NCBI GenBank assembly: GCA_951406725.2
Contig: OX597816.1
Coordinates: 63,798,001-63,862,000 of the forward strand
Direction: 5' to 3'
DNA: 64,000 nucleotides
Origin: Octopus vulgaris
Taxonomy: Eukaryota
Made by a program: the position numbers and the translations under genes. Under the pieces are notes generated by a model. It saw only the letters and a program-made list of their open reading frames with translations, was not told the DNA's origin and did no database searches. Shown here in pieces: positions 41,768 to 54,195 of this stretch. Numbering within the stretch: the stretch's first letter is position 1; each line of letters begins with the position of its first letter.

Positions 41768-44700
41768 ATTATTATAACAATTTTTATTTAATAAAAGTCA
41801 ATTATAAAGGCAAATGAATTTAGATATATCTTTAAAATAACGTTGCAGGGAATGTAGAAAGCTTCTAGTTGCTCTTCATAATATATAAGCAAGTCAATAA
41901 AAGCTAAACCGTGTTTCGAAAATACTACATGAACTATCGTATAACGATAAAGTGTGTATGAATATTCAAGGAAGATAATATTCCTTGTTTGGAACTGAAT
42001 ATCCTTCGTGTGATAACCTATTCACATCCTTTATTATTTTTAATGAAGGTAATTATATATTTTATTGCACTTTACCAATAATGATGCCATTAGCAAGCAA
42101 ACACAAGTATGATTTATGCGTGTAATTATGTGCGTATAGGTGTGTATGCCTGTGTGGTGGCGGTGGTGGTGGTGTGTGTGTATGTGTGTGTGCACGTGTG
42201 TGCGTGCGTCTGTGTGTGCGTACACGTTGTGTGGTTGTATTCCAACCTCAATTTGTCATTTAAAAATGTGATATGTTAAGTTGGAAACCTATAATACAAA
42301 ACAATAGATTTACGACAAAGGAGGAGATTGGCTGAATCGTTAGAGTGTCGGTCGGAATTCCGATGCTTCTTTTGACTTCCAGCATTCTTATTTCAAATCT
42401 CATCGTGGTCAACTTTGCCTTTCACAGTAATTGACTAGTAATTACTTCATCGACCCCGATGTTATGAAAGGCAAAAGTGACTACGGCCGGATTTGACTTC
42501 AGAGCCTAAAGAGCCGAGATAAATGTCAGCAAGTATTTTGTTATGCATCCCTTTGTGTGTCCTTGGTTGTCCCGTCTATGTTTAAGCTCTTGTGGCAATA
42601 AAGAAATTTATATATAGAGAGAGGCAGTAAATTATAACAAGTACTGAAGGACAAAAGGTTAAACTGGCCTCGAACGTAAAGAGTCGGAAATAATGCTGCT
42701 TTTTTTGATTTAGGCACAAGGCAGGCAATTGTGAATCGAGACTACCAACCCCGTTAACTTACAGATACTTTATTTTAGCCTTCATGAAACCAAGTTGATC
42801 ACGATGGGAATTGAGTGCCAAGCAAAAATCGGTGGATCAAATACTGCAAGATATTTCCCAACGTTCTGCTAATTCGTGTCAAGGCGCATGGGTCAGTGGT
42901 TAGAACATCGGGCTCACAATAACGAGGTAGTGAGTTCGATTACCTAACCAGGCTGTGTGTTGTGTTTTGAGCAAGATATTTTTATTTCACCTTGCTCCAG
43001 TTCACTCAGCTGCAGAAACGAGTTGCGACGTCACTGATGCCACGCTGTATCAGTATTTGCATTTCCCTTGGATAGAATCAGTCTCCCATAAACAAACTTG
43101 CCCGAACTTGTGCCTCGTAGGGTCACTTTCTAGGTGCAGTCTCAAGGTCATTCATGACCGAAAGGGATCTTTCCCTTTTACCTTACTTAATTATGCATTC
43201 AACTGCTGCTTCTCTGAAAGTATGAATAATAATTTTAAGCCAAAGGTCAGCAATTTGATGTAAGGTGGTTAGTCGATTAAATTGACTCTATAGATTGAAA
43301 CACTATATAGCTTCCACGTTGTTTGAAGACGTTGGGTCCAGAATTCCCTCTCATGCATTGCTCTTACTATGTTGTCCTTCAGTGGATCAGATTCTTCAAC
43401 CACACCATCAGGACGATCCCTTGCTCACTTACCACGATATGGTACCTCCATCAGTATCTGCTTCATCATTTCATTTTTACTAAGAAAACATCGATCACAG
43501 TATCTAAGTTGCTTTGCCTTATTGTGGAGAAAACACGTGAAGGAGTACCATAAAGAACCTGGTTTGTTGTATAGGACTCCCATACGAGAAAATATAGTAA
43601 TAATTCAGTACCAGCATCGATATAGTCAACTAATAATCTACCTACAGATCTGCTGGATTGTATCAAAATCAGATGCAATCAAAAGAGTAATAGTAGCCTG
43701 GATCTCTATCGGTTGCGATGACGAGTGTTCCAGTTGATCCGCTCAACGGAACAGCCTGCTAGTGAAATTAACGTGCATGTGGCTGAACACTCCACAAACA
43801 CGTGTACCCTTAACGTACTTCTTAGGGAGATACAGCATAACACATCGAATGTGGTCAGGCTGGCCTTTTGAAATACAGATACTACTCAGTTTTGCTAGCT
43901 GATTGGACTGGAGTGTGAAATAAAGTTTCGTGCTTAAGGATACAACTACTGGCCGGGAATGGAAGTCATGTCTTTATGATTAGATTCTTCATCATTTTCC
44001 AAAGCATATTGAGAAAAGTGTAGTATACTATAATAGAAATATGGTACCAAATCGTTAAACATCACATTTAGTTTAACATATCCTCTGTTGTCTAAATATG
44101 ACCCTTACTTTGAAGCGACCCAGTTGTTAATACAATTTGAATGAAAATATTGTTATTCTTTTGATTCCTTATTCAAAGGATGCTGATATTTGTTACCATG
44201 TGTGCTATAATAATTCGCATTTATTTCAAAATGCTTTGGTCAGTTAACAATTAGCACTTCATTGATTCTTCGATTAAACAAGAAAAGTTAAAGTCTCTTC
44301 GTGAAAAAAATAGTTGTTTCGAAGATACAATTTAAAGTATTTTACAACTGATTCCGAAGTATTTCCTCAGTTTGTCGAAACGAAGTGCAAATATCTACCC
44401 ATTCTTTACAATTATATAAACATAGAACGTTGGTAACACGCTTATTTTATAATCTCAAGCGATTATATATAGTGAACATTTATATTTCATACGACCCTGA
44501 TTGCTGCCATATTAAACATATTATCTGAGATGAATTTCCCAATTTAAATATGGCATGTTCAAATACCAGTGGTTTTAATAGAGTTTACGATGTATTAATA
44601 ATCGATTTATTTAGTATATTTTACGACGTTGATAACTGATACTTCTGGGTTTGAGAAAATGGACACCGAATCTATCAAATGAAAATTGATATCTACATTG

Positions 44701-45214
44701 TCGATGTAATGATCTCACATCTGTCAATAGAAAATTAATAGGAGCAAGGTAAAAGGTATGCTTGAGAGTATCAAATTGTTGTCCATTTCGATTCGGCCAT
44801 TTTATTGCATTTGTCGTACTCTATTTTGTTATTATACTTAGAATCGTTAGCACGCCGGGCATTTACGTTCTTAATTCAGATTCTGCCGAAGAAGTCGACT
44901 TCCACCATTTCGGTGTCGATAAACTAAGTACCAATTGAGTACTGGGGGGAGGGGTCAAGGTAATCTATTAATCTCCTTACTTCAAATTTCAGGTTTTGTG
45001 TCTATGACAGAAAGAATTATAAATGCTAGACAAAAGGAGTGGATTGGCTGTTAAATATTTCTTTTGTTTTTAATTTTTACACGTTTTCTGTTTTAAACCC
45101 CACTCCTCGCTTGTTTTGTATTGTCCCTATATGTTGGTGTGTTCGGACCTTGTAGACAATAAAAAGATTATAATTATAATTATAAAGATTATTATTATTG
45201 TTGTTGTTTTTATT

Positions 45215-45395
45215 ATTTTATTGTCTTTGCATAGCTTCTAATGCTAATTGATATACTACGGTGTCAGCTGTTCACTACCAGGGAACTAAGGTAACACCCT
45301 TTATTTTTTTGCACCATGCGGAGTTTTCAAGCAGTCCCAAGCAGTGCTGTGTTCTGTAAGTGCTCAACCCTTATTGCAGCCCCTAATCTGAAGAC

Positions 45396-45442
<47 letters not shown>

Positions 45443-45815
45443 CTCCCAAGCTAACCTGTCATATCTATCGACTCTTCTCCTTCCTTATTGCATACCTTGA
45501 TGTCAGCTGGGCAAGCTATATCTGTGATCCAGCATCGCTTGCTTTCTTTCACAATTAACACTATGTCTGGTTTCCCATTCTCTATCTCATGGTTCCACTG
45601 AATCATAGAATCCCATAGGATCTTTGCATTATCATTTTCGAGGATGCCTTCGGGTTTATGCTCGTACAACATTTTTGTTCTGCCAAGTCCATACTTGTGG
45701 CAAAGTGTCCAATGGACAATCCTTACTATATTATCATGGCGTCTCTTATATTCCTTCTGGGTTAGTAGCGTACATTGATTGGTAATATGCCATATGGTTT
45801 CACAAATGGTTAACA
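45215..45815 (-). mobile_element. 5'-truncated RLE non-LTR retrotransposon (second R4/Dong-like family)
   Basis: ORF 45451-45816: ETIWHITNQC...YKRRHDNIVRIVHW...ILWDSMIQ...KPDIVLI...WITDIACPAD. After a (TAA)n interruption it continues EHLQNTALLGTA and ends next to an AAT-rich tract. Confidence 0.88.
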
Positions 45816-45885
45816 CAATTTTGGTTTACAAATTCTGGTTTACAAATTCTGCACTTATAAATTTCTGATGTATTTTCTATTCTGT

Positions 45886-45960
<75 letters not shown>

Positions 45961-48900
45961 TGACAGATCCTTTTTTTTCTGTATTTTATTCTCATTTTTT
46001 CGAACTAACACAGGCAGAGTGAACCTTTCATAAGTTTAGGAAAAAAAGGGAGAGAAAGGAAAAAAAAGAAAAAAAAACTATGTTCGGAGATGAATCTATC
46101 AACAAAAAAAATACAGACAAATACAGATCCGCTAGCCTTAAGGAGCGGCGCTACGAACAATGTTTACATGCAGAGAACCCTAAACTGACAGATCCGTCTC
46201 CTAATGTAAGAGTCGAAGCTCGTCATGCTTCAATGTCAACAAAACAAATTACAAACTGCAATGGTCATCGAGCGGATTACAAAAGACCACGTACCCGAAA
46301 ACGGAACCAAATTCTGATTGAAAAATCAGCTACTGGATCAAATCTTCCCGACACACAGGAGCTGGACGTACCCCACAACCGGAATATTCCAACAGATGGC
46401 CATCCATGCCTGTCATCAAATAATCAAAAGAAAAAGAAGGAAAAATGGTCTAAGGAAGATAATAAAGAAGTTCTCGCGGCCTTCTACCATGCCATATATT
46501 TCCCCACAGATAAATCTAATACTGTACAAACATACTTAAACTGGAAACAGAAAAACCCTGAAACAAGACCCTACATAGACAGTAACAAACTTGCCAACGT
46601 CAGAAGAAACATTATAAAACCATTACATTGGTAAAACCCGGCTTGCACTTAAGGATATAATTTCAGCTAATGATGTTGATATCACAGATCTCAACCACCT
46701 GTACTATGCATCCGCGAAAATCTCAACGATCCTATGTGGTGAAAAGATTAGAAAACGGCAACATTCCCACAAAAAGGCTTCTTGGCAAGAGCGTATCCGA
46801 CAACAAATTAAACTATTTAGATCTGACATTGAATATTTGAAAAACCTTAAGGTTGACAAGACTACCAAACCTACAAAAACCCAAAAGTTAATGAAAAAAT
46901 ATAATTTGAAAACTATATTTGATATTGATGCCACCATAGAAACCATCAAGCAAAAGGTATCTGCTAAAGCTGCCCGCATAGCAAGGTATGAAAACGTGTT
47001 AGATTCTTCAGAGACAACAACATGTTAAAAAATAACCCCAAAAATTTTTACAGGGAGATAGGAAAAACAACAGTTACTGTAAAGTCTGTACCATCAAAAG
47101 AAGAAATGCAGAGATTTGGGAATAAAATTTGGGCAGAAGAAAAAACACACAACGAAAAGGCCCCCTGGATTGATAGAATATCTACAAAACTGGACTCCTC
47201 AGAAGAGCAAAAGTGGGATGGTGTCAAGGTAGAAGATATAAGATCTGCTCTCAGGAGGTCAAGCAAATGGAGGTCACCGGGAAAGGATAAAATTCCCAAC
47301 TTCTGGCTGAATGCCTTCCCAGAGAGCCATGAACTGCTAACAGAATTTTACAATGATGTTTTGCAAAACCCTAGTAGGATGCCTCCTTGACTAGTTAATG
47401 GGTTAACATTCCTACTTCGAAAAAGTGAAGAAACAAATGAACCAAAAAACTATAGACCCATAACCTGCTTAACAACTATGTATAAAACGCTAACATCTGT
47501 CCTGACGGAATATACCTATAGTTTTTTTTAACAAACAGCAGCATATTCCCTAATGAACAGAAAGGATGTAAACGTGGATCCTATGGTTGTAAAGATCAAC
47601 TACTCATCAATAAGATGATCTTAGATGATTGTCACAAACGACACAAAAACTTATCAATAGCCTGGATAGACTATAAAAAGGCGTTTGATAGATGGATTAA
47701 GAAATGCACCTACTCTGCGAAACCTTTTGTCTGTAAGTATGAGATCATGGAGAACCACACTAACTTTGAACAGTGACAATGAATCTCTAAATGCTGGTGA
47801 TGTAAAAATTTCATGTGGCATTTTCCAGGGTGACTCACTATCACCACTCCTCTTTTGTTTAGCCTTCTCTCAAAATTGCTCAATGACTCGCAGTACGGAT
47901 ATAAAATGTTTGATAAAAATGTAAATCATCTCATTTACATGGATGATTTAAAGCTCTTTGCAAAAAATGACCAACAACTCAAGGGCTTACTAGCGATTGT
48001 TAAACAATTCAGTGATGACATCAGAATGCAATTTGGCCTCGATAAATGCGCAATAGCTACCTTTATCAAAGGAAAAATGACATAAACATGTAACGTTAAC
48101 CTTGACCAGCAGAATGTCATAAAGGAATTAGACCCAACGGAGAACTACAAGTACCTAGGTGAATTGAAGGGGACGGAATAAGGCATTTAGTGATGAAGGA
48201 AAGGATCAGGAGAGAAAGTTAGCGCAGACTAAGAGCATTACTTAAGACAGAGCTGAATGCGAGAAATAGGATCGAAGCGATCAATGCTTTAGCCATACCA
48301 GTCGTGACTTACAGTTTCAATATCGTTAACTGGTCAATTACTGAAATATGTAATCTTGACAGAAAAATACGAAAACTGTTGACAATGCATAGAATACACC
48401 ACCCTAAAGCAGATACAGAGCGACTTTATCTGTCAAGAAAAGAGGGAGGCCGTGGACTTTTACAACTGGCAATAACAATGGAGATTGCTACAATTGGCCT
48501 AGACACCTACCTGAAAAACTCTGAGGACTGGATATTAAAACTTGTCTCAAAACATGAAAGCAAGAAAGCATCATACTCAGTAACAAAACAGGCAAAGGAA
48601 TATCTAAGTGAATTCCGAATACAACAAATTTCGGAATTAGACATACAAGAAACAAGCACAGAAAAGCGCATGAAAACCCGTGCTAAAACTGCTGCCTTAG
48701 ATATTCTGAATGATAAATGGCAAGAAAAATCTGTCTATGGCAAATACTCAAAGAGAGCGAATAATGATGTTGACAAAGCTCTGACCCATCAATGGCTAAT
48801 GGCCTTTGGCTTAAAATCTGAAACAGAAGGGTTCATCATGGCAGCTCAAGATCAATGCCTACCAACAAGGAACTACCAGGCCAACATATTAAAGAACGGC

Positions 48901-49645
48901 AGTAGCCCAACATGTCGTGTATGTCAACAACAAAATGAAACCATTGATCATGTTGTCTCCAAGTGCAGTATTCTAGCGCCTACAGAGTATTCACTGGGTA
49001 ATTTGCAAAAACCTGGATTTGCCCCATGAAAAATACTGGTGGGAACACAAACCACCTCCAGTGCTTGAAAATGACTACATCTCACTCCTCTGGAACTTCA
49101 CCATTCAAACTGACAGAAAGATAGGTGCAAATAGGCCCGACATCATATTCAAATACTTCAGACAAAGAAAATGGCTCCTCATTGATATGACTGTCCCAAT
49201 CGATATAAACGTATCTGTCAAGAGATACCAAAAATTGAGCAACTATAAAGATCTTGAAATAGAAATCAGCAAAATGTGGAACCTGAAGACTAAAATAATA
49301 CCTGTTGTCATAGGTGCCATGGGAATGATAGCAAAAGGGGCTGATTGATACCTAACTCAGATACTATGAAACCCCAAAATGGCAGAAATTCAAAAGATAG
49401 TGCTCATGGGAACTGCTCATATCCTACGCAAAATACTTTCTATGTAATCTCAAGTTTTAAAACAAACATAATTTTCGAATGTTTTGTTTTTTTAGACATT
49501 CATTAGTACAACATTAATACGAAACCAAATATATGGCACACTAGGCATAACAACAACACGAACATCCAACCTGTTGTCTCTTGAGGTCTCTGGGTGAGAC
49601 TTGGAGCCAACTTGTACAAATATAAAGCAAAAGTCAAACATAGAA
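45961..49645 (+). mobile_element. Near-full-length RLE-type non-LTR retrotransposon (R4/Dong-like), inactivated by frameshifts and stops
   Basis: Consecutive + ORFs 46080-49447. RT motifs: WRSPGKDKIPNFW, NYRPITCL, GIFQGDSLSPLLF, HLIYMDDLKLF (YMDD at about 47936-47947). Zinc knuckle CRVCQQQNETIDHVVSKC. Restriction-like endonuclease RPDII...LLIDMTVP...KLSNYKDL...IPVVIGAMG. Flanked by (TAA)n at about 45888-45960 and about 49646-49657. Confidence 0.93.
46080..49447 (+). pseudogene. Disrupted RT + zinc knuckle + RLE polyprotein of the R4/Dong-like element
   Basis: ORF pieces 46080-46634, 46837-47028, 47022-47390, 47685-47924, 47855-48085, 48304-49029 and 49019-49348 in changing frames; terminal ...ILRKILSM* at 49447. 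Confidence 0.9.
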
Positions 49646-50262
49646 TAATAATAATAATGGTGGTTGTTGTTGTTGTTGTTGTTTTCATTTCACTTCTCAG
49701 AACTCTCGATTTCACTTGCTCCGGTTAATTTTGTAAGAGCGATAACTACTTTTTTTGAAAAGTCTCATGGTGTCTCTTCTATCTACGATACTTTTTATTA
49801 TTATTTTATTATTTGTTTGCTTTTTCTCATCACATTTTTATGTACACATTCTTTCAATATTTTAATGTGTTATGAAATTCGGGAAGACTATTTTGTGTTT
49901 CACCTAAGATAATTTATTACCAATAATGTTTTCTCAACAGTGTAGACAGAATAATTAGTGTAGTTATTCATACATAAGTCGATATGATCTTACTGAATAG
50001 TAGTCAGCTATATTTGTTTTTTAGTATTTAACGATTACGAACAAATTCCAATGTATCTCCTTGGTGTTGAAATTTCATTATATTATTAAATATATTAAGA
50101 CTGTATCTTGCATAACATTCCATTGTTTATTAATGATTAAATTTATGTTTCTTGTTTTTAAGTCATCATTAGCTGATAATTACTGTTTAACGATGGAGGT
50201 ATGTATTTTGGGGAAAATGGAAGCAAAAAATTCATTCCGTTTCTTTTTTTATTTGTTGATGG

Positions 50263-50562
50263 GGATCTTTACCTTTTGACCTACAGATTTAGAAAATAAT
50301 TTTTTGTAACTAAACACTTTCAAACTTCGGAAGTTCTTGTTGACAAACAACAGCAGTAATTTTATTCAGCTGAATACACGTCATTGATTGGTTGAAATTA
50401 CCGAAATACGACAACTTTAACGTGAAATAACTTCGTAAATATAAGTTTTTCTCAAAAACGCTAAGAGTAAACGATGTTTTATATGACACATTCTACCAGT
50501 GTCCGAAGTGTTTAGTTACAAAATATTATTTTTTAAATCTGTCGGTCAAAAGGTAAAGATCC
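50263..50562. mobile_element. MITE with about 55-bp TIRs
   Basis: ggatctttaccttttgacctacagattta...tgtaactaaacactt at one end and aagtgtttagttaca...aaatctgtcggtcaaaaggtaaagatcc at the other. Confidence 0.85.
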
Positions 50563-50967
50563 GAAAAATGCAGAAAACTGAGGCGGATAAAATACCTGAA
50601 GACATTTTCCGCTATGCCCTAATGATTCTATCATTTCAGCGCCCTTTAACACAATAAAACAAATATCAGATTAAAATAACATCATAATTTTATAATATTC
50701 GATGCAGAGTGTGAGAAATAATATCGTCTGTTTCAACTATAGAAATACCAAGAAAGTGAAATTAAGAAAAAAATGAATTATAGTTAGTTTATTTAATTTC
50801 GAATTATTCTATTAAAAAAGAGAGATAGTGTTGATAAAAAAATAAACGAAAAAAATTATACTGCCTAGATTAAATTATTTATTTTGTAATGTTAAACAAA
50901 TAAAAACGATTTGGATAACAGACCATGTTAATATAAATGGAAACACGACAGTAGATGAATAATCACC

Positions 50968-51019
<52 letters not shown>

Positions 51020-51037
51020 GTAATAATAATAATAATA

Positions 51038-51094
<57 letters not shown>

Positions 51095-51102
51095 GTAATA
51101 AT

Positions 51103-51637
51103 AAATGCCCTGATGCAGTACCAGGCAGTGGCTCACATGGGTTCTGATCTTAACTGATTTAAGGTGTTATGATGTACATTGCTTGTCTTGGTATAAAAGA
51201 TGGGCTACAGAAAATATTCTTGTCAGTTATTTGACCTTAACCAGTTGAGCATGTCCCTTAGTGGCTGATGATATGTGCATCACTGATCACCAGCAGAAGT
51301 AGTGGGGGAGCATCATAGCCATGTGTTGAGAGGGATTATTTGGGGTTTGAATAATTCACCTAAAAAAACATGGGTGTTTCGTTCAACATCCTTAAACAAC
51401 CCTTAATCAGGGACTTTTTGAGCGGGATGGCTACTCGACCAGCAGAAAATTCTAACTGGGCTCCACTTGCAAGGTCATGCGCTGTTTATCTTGATATGAG
51501 ATCACCATATCGCGCACATTTGGTTGGGATGCATGTTCCTGGTGCACCCTTATCAGACAGGTAGTCATGATGGGTATACTAGGCTTCGTATATTTTACCC
51601 CAGTGTCACTTTGATGGCATGCACTGCTCTCCCACTC

Positions 51638-51638
<1 letters not shown>
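51103..51638. mobile_element. Non-coding element of about 535 bp embedded in (AAT)n
   Basis: Complex sequence with sharp edges flanked on both sides by long (AAT)n (50968-51103 and 51638-51863); no convincing ORF. Confidence 0.6.
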
Positions 51639-51693
<55 letters not shown>

Positions 51694-51697
51694 TAAC

Positions 51698-51819
<122 letters not shown>

Positions 51820-52799
51820 TAACAATAATAATAACAATAATAATAATAATTTAAATAATAATAAACATGGAGCGACTACAGAAAAATAATAAATATAGAT
51901 TGCATATCATATCTCCCCCAAGTAATATCATTTTGTAAAAACATAATATGTGAAGCGTGGAGAATATTGGGAAGAATCAATAGATAAACCATGAAACATT
52001 AATTCTCCATTATCCTGACCTGATTTATCGTCTTACAAAATATATGTTACTAGAATATACGAAGATTTTGTCGGCTACATACGGGTTATATTCTCCTAAA
52101 TTACTTTACTGAGTATATAATATGAGTAGTATATAATTGTATAGCTTATGATATATTCTATGAAAACTAAGTCTTATGGGATCCGTTTTACGTTCATGCA
52201 AAGAACATTCAGAAAATATATGTATTCTGTAATTCAATGTAGTAAATTATCAGACTGAGAGAGATAAGACATCGGTTTCAAATGTTGGCACAAGGCCAAG
52301 GAATTTGGGAAAGGGGGCTACTCGATTACATTGAATGCAGTCAACTGTTACTATTTTATCGACACCGGAAAGATAAAAGAAAAAGTCGACCTCGGTGAAA
52401 TTTGAACTTGGAACGTACTGACGAACAAAATGCCGCTAAACAGTTTGCCCGACATGCTAACGAATTTGTCAGCCGGCCGCCTTAGTGAGATAGAAAAAAC
52501 TTGGTTTCAAATTTTGCCGCAAGGCCAGTGATTTCGATGGTTGGATAAGTCGCTAACTCTCACCCAAATTCTTAACTGGTACTTATATTATCGAAACTGA
52601 AAGGAGAAAACGCAAAGTCGACCTCGGTGGAATTTGAACTCAAGGTGTGGAGTCGGACAAAGTGCCGTTAAACATTTTTCCCGGTGTCCAATCAATCTTC
52701 GCTGGCATATTCGTTTCGAATTTTGGCACTAGACTAGTAGTTTGTGGGGAGGGGCTAACCCGATTTATTAGACCCTAAGCCCAACTGGTACTTATTTTA

Positions 52800-53400
52800 T
52801 TGCATTGATATGCCAAATCCTTCGCGAAGGATTTTGCATGTAGATGCTCTATTTGTCAGCATCCACTTCGTGAAAGATTTGGCATGCAGTGCATGAGGAT
52901 GAGACATTACCAGCAACTCTTTGACGGTAAACACGTGTGTTGACATATGTCCAGATGCAGTTTTCACATGTCCTGGACATGTATACAACCAACTGCACGG
53001 TTATTAGGGTAAATGGCCATATATTAAAATAATTAAGAATTACGCTTGCGGTCTGTCAAAAGTTTCTTCTAAGTTTTACTGACACTTGAATGACTACTGC
53101 GAAAATTTCATCCTTATGGATGCTTTTTCCGCAATCATATGACGTACTTTCCTTGTTTGGATTATGCACGATATCTTGTTGGAGGGGTGCGGGATGTTTC
53201 ACATATATGGAATATTGTTTTTCCTTATATTTAACACATCCGTTACGACACAGTTTTGTAATAAAACATAAAATCGATGTTACACAAAATGGAGTGATTT
53301 CATAGTGATTAGGCACAAATAATGGTGTAGCCTGACCTTCCGATCAGTGCAAGGAAACACAGTCTCCATTGGATTTTCAAATTGATGATGATGTTTTTGA
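52800..53400 (-). pseudogene. Candidate decayed LRR + LRR C-terminal cap segment
   Basis: TDVLNIRKNNIPYM and PSNKISCII (LxLxxNxI-like), followed across frameshifts by VAGNVSSSCTAC / AKSFTKWMLTNRASTCK (GNP.xCxC...W....C-like). Many stops. Confidence 0.35.
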
Positions 53401-53898
53401 GTTGCAATTACTGACTGAAGAATTTTCGTTTTTGAGTGACTAGGCGCGAGTTGAACTCAAAATGCATGGAGCCGGAGCCGATACCAAGATGGATCCTTTC
53501 CATCAGTCTAGCAATAGCGGCAACCAACCCTTGATACACACTTTATAGATCCTGAAAGAATGCAATGTAAAGTTGACCTTAACTGGATTTGAACTTAGAG
53601 CCCAGAAGCAGATACCGCTCAACAGCCAGTCAGATTATTAAACGAATCAAACAATTTGCTGTTATCAAATAAAGCATAACTAGTATCATTTACTACTACA
53701 GGAAGAAGGCTTGAAATTTTGGGGGAAGAAGATAGTTGATTCCATTGACCCCCATTCCTCAACTTATTTCATTGCTCCCAAAAGGATTACAGGCAATATT
53801 GACCTCGGCGCTGTTTCAACTGAGAAACTAAAGTCGGACGAAAGGCCGCTAATCATTTTCATCGGCGTGCAAACGATTCCGCCTGCTCACCACCTTAT

Positions 53899-54195
53899 GT
53901 TTGTTTGTTCCTTCTCGAGCCATGCCTAGCTCATAGGGCCGGTTTCCCGGTTTCCTTGGTGTATAAGTTTCCCACCTGCACAGGACGCCGGTCCGTCGCA
54001 GGTGAGCTGCAAGATGCAGGAGGAAAGAGTGAGAGTAAGTTGTGGCGAAAGAGTCAGCAGAAGTTCGCTATTACCTTCTGCCGAAGCCGCGTGGAGCTTA
54101 GGGGTTTCGCTCATAAACATACACATCGCCCGGTCTGAGATTCGAACCCGCGATCCCTCGACCGCGACTCTAACCACTAGACCATGTGCCTCCAC
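53899..54195 (-). mobile_element. SINE family C copy
   Basis: Reverse complement of 12403-12710 at high identity. Confidence 0.85.

Larger units (their letters stand above)
39993..44233. repeat. Pair of about 230-bp inverted repeats (about 39993-40225 and 44005-44233)
   Basis: Examples: ttggtaccatatttatattatagtatac vs gtatactataatagaaatatggtaccaa; aacaatattttcattcagattgtattaacaact vs agttgttaatacaatttgaatgaaaatattgtt. Confidence 0.85.
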
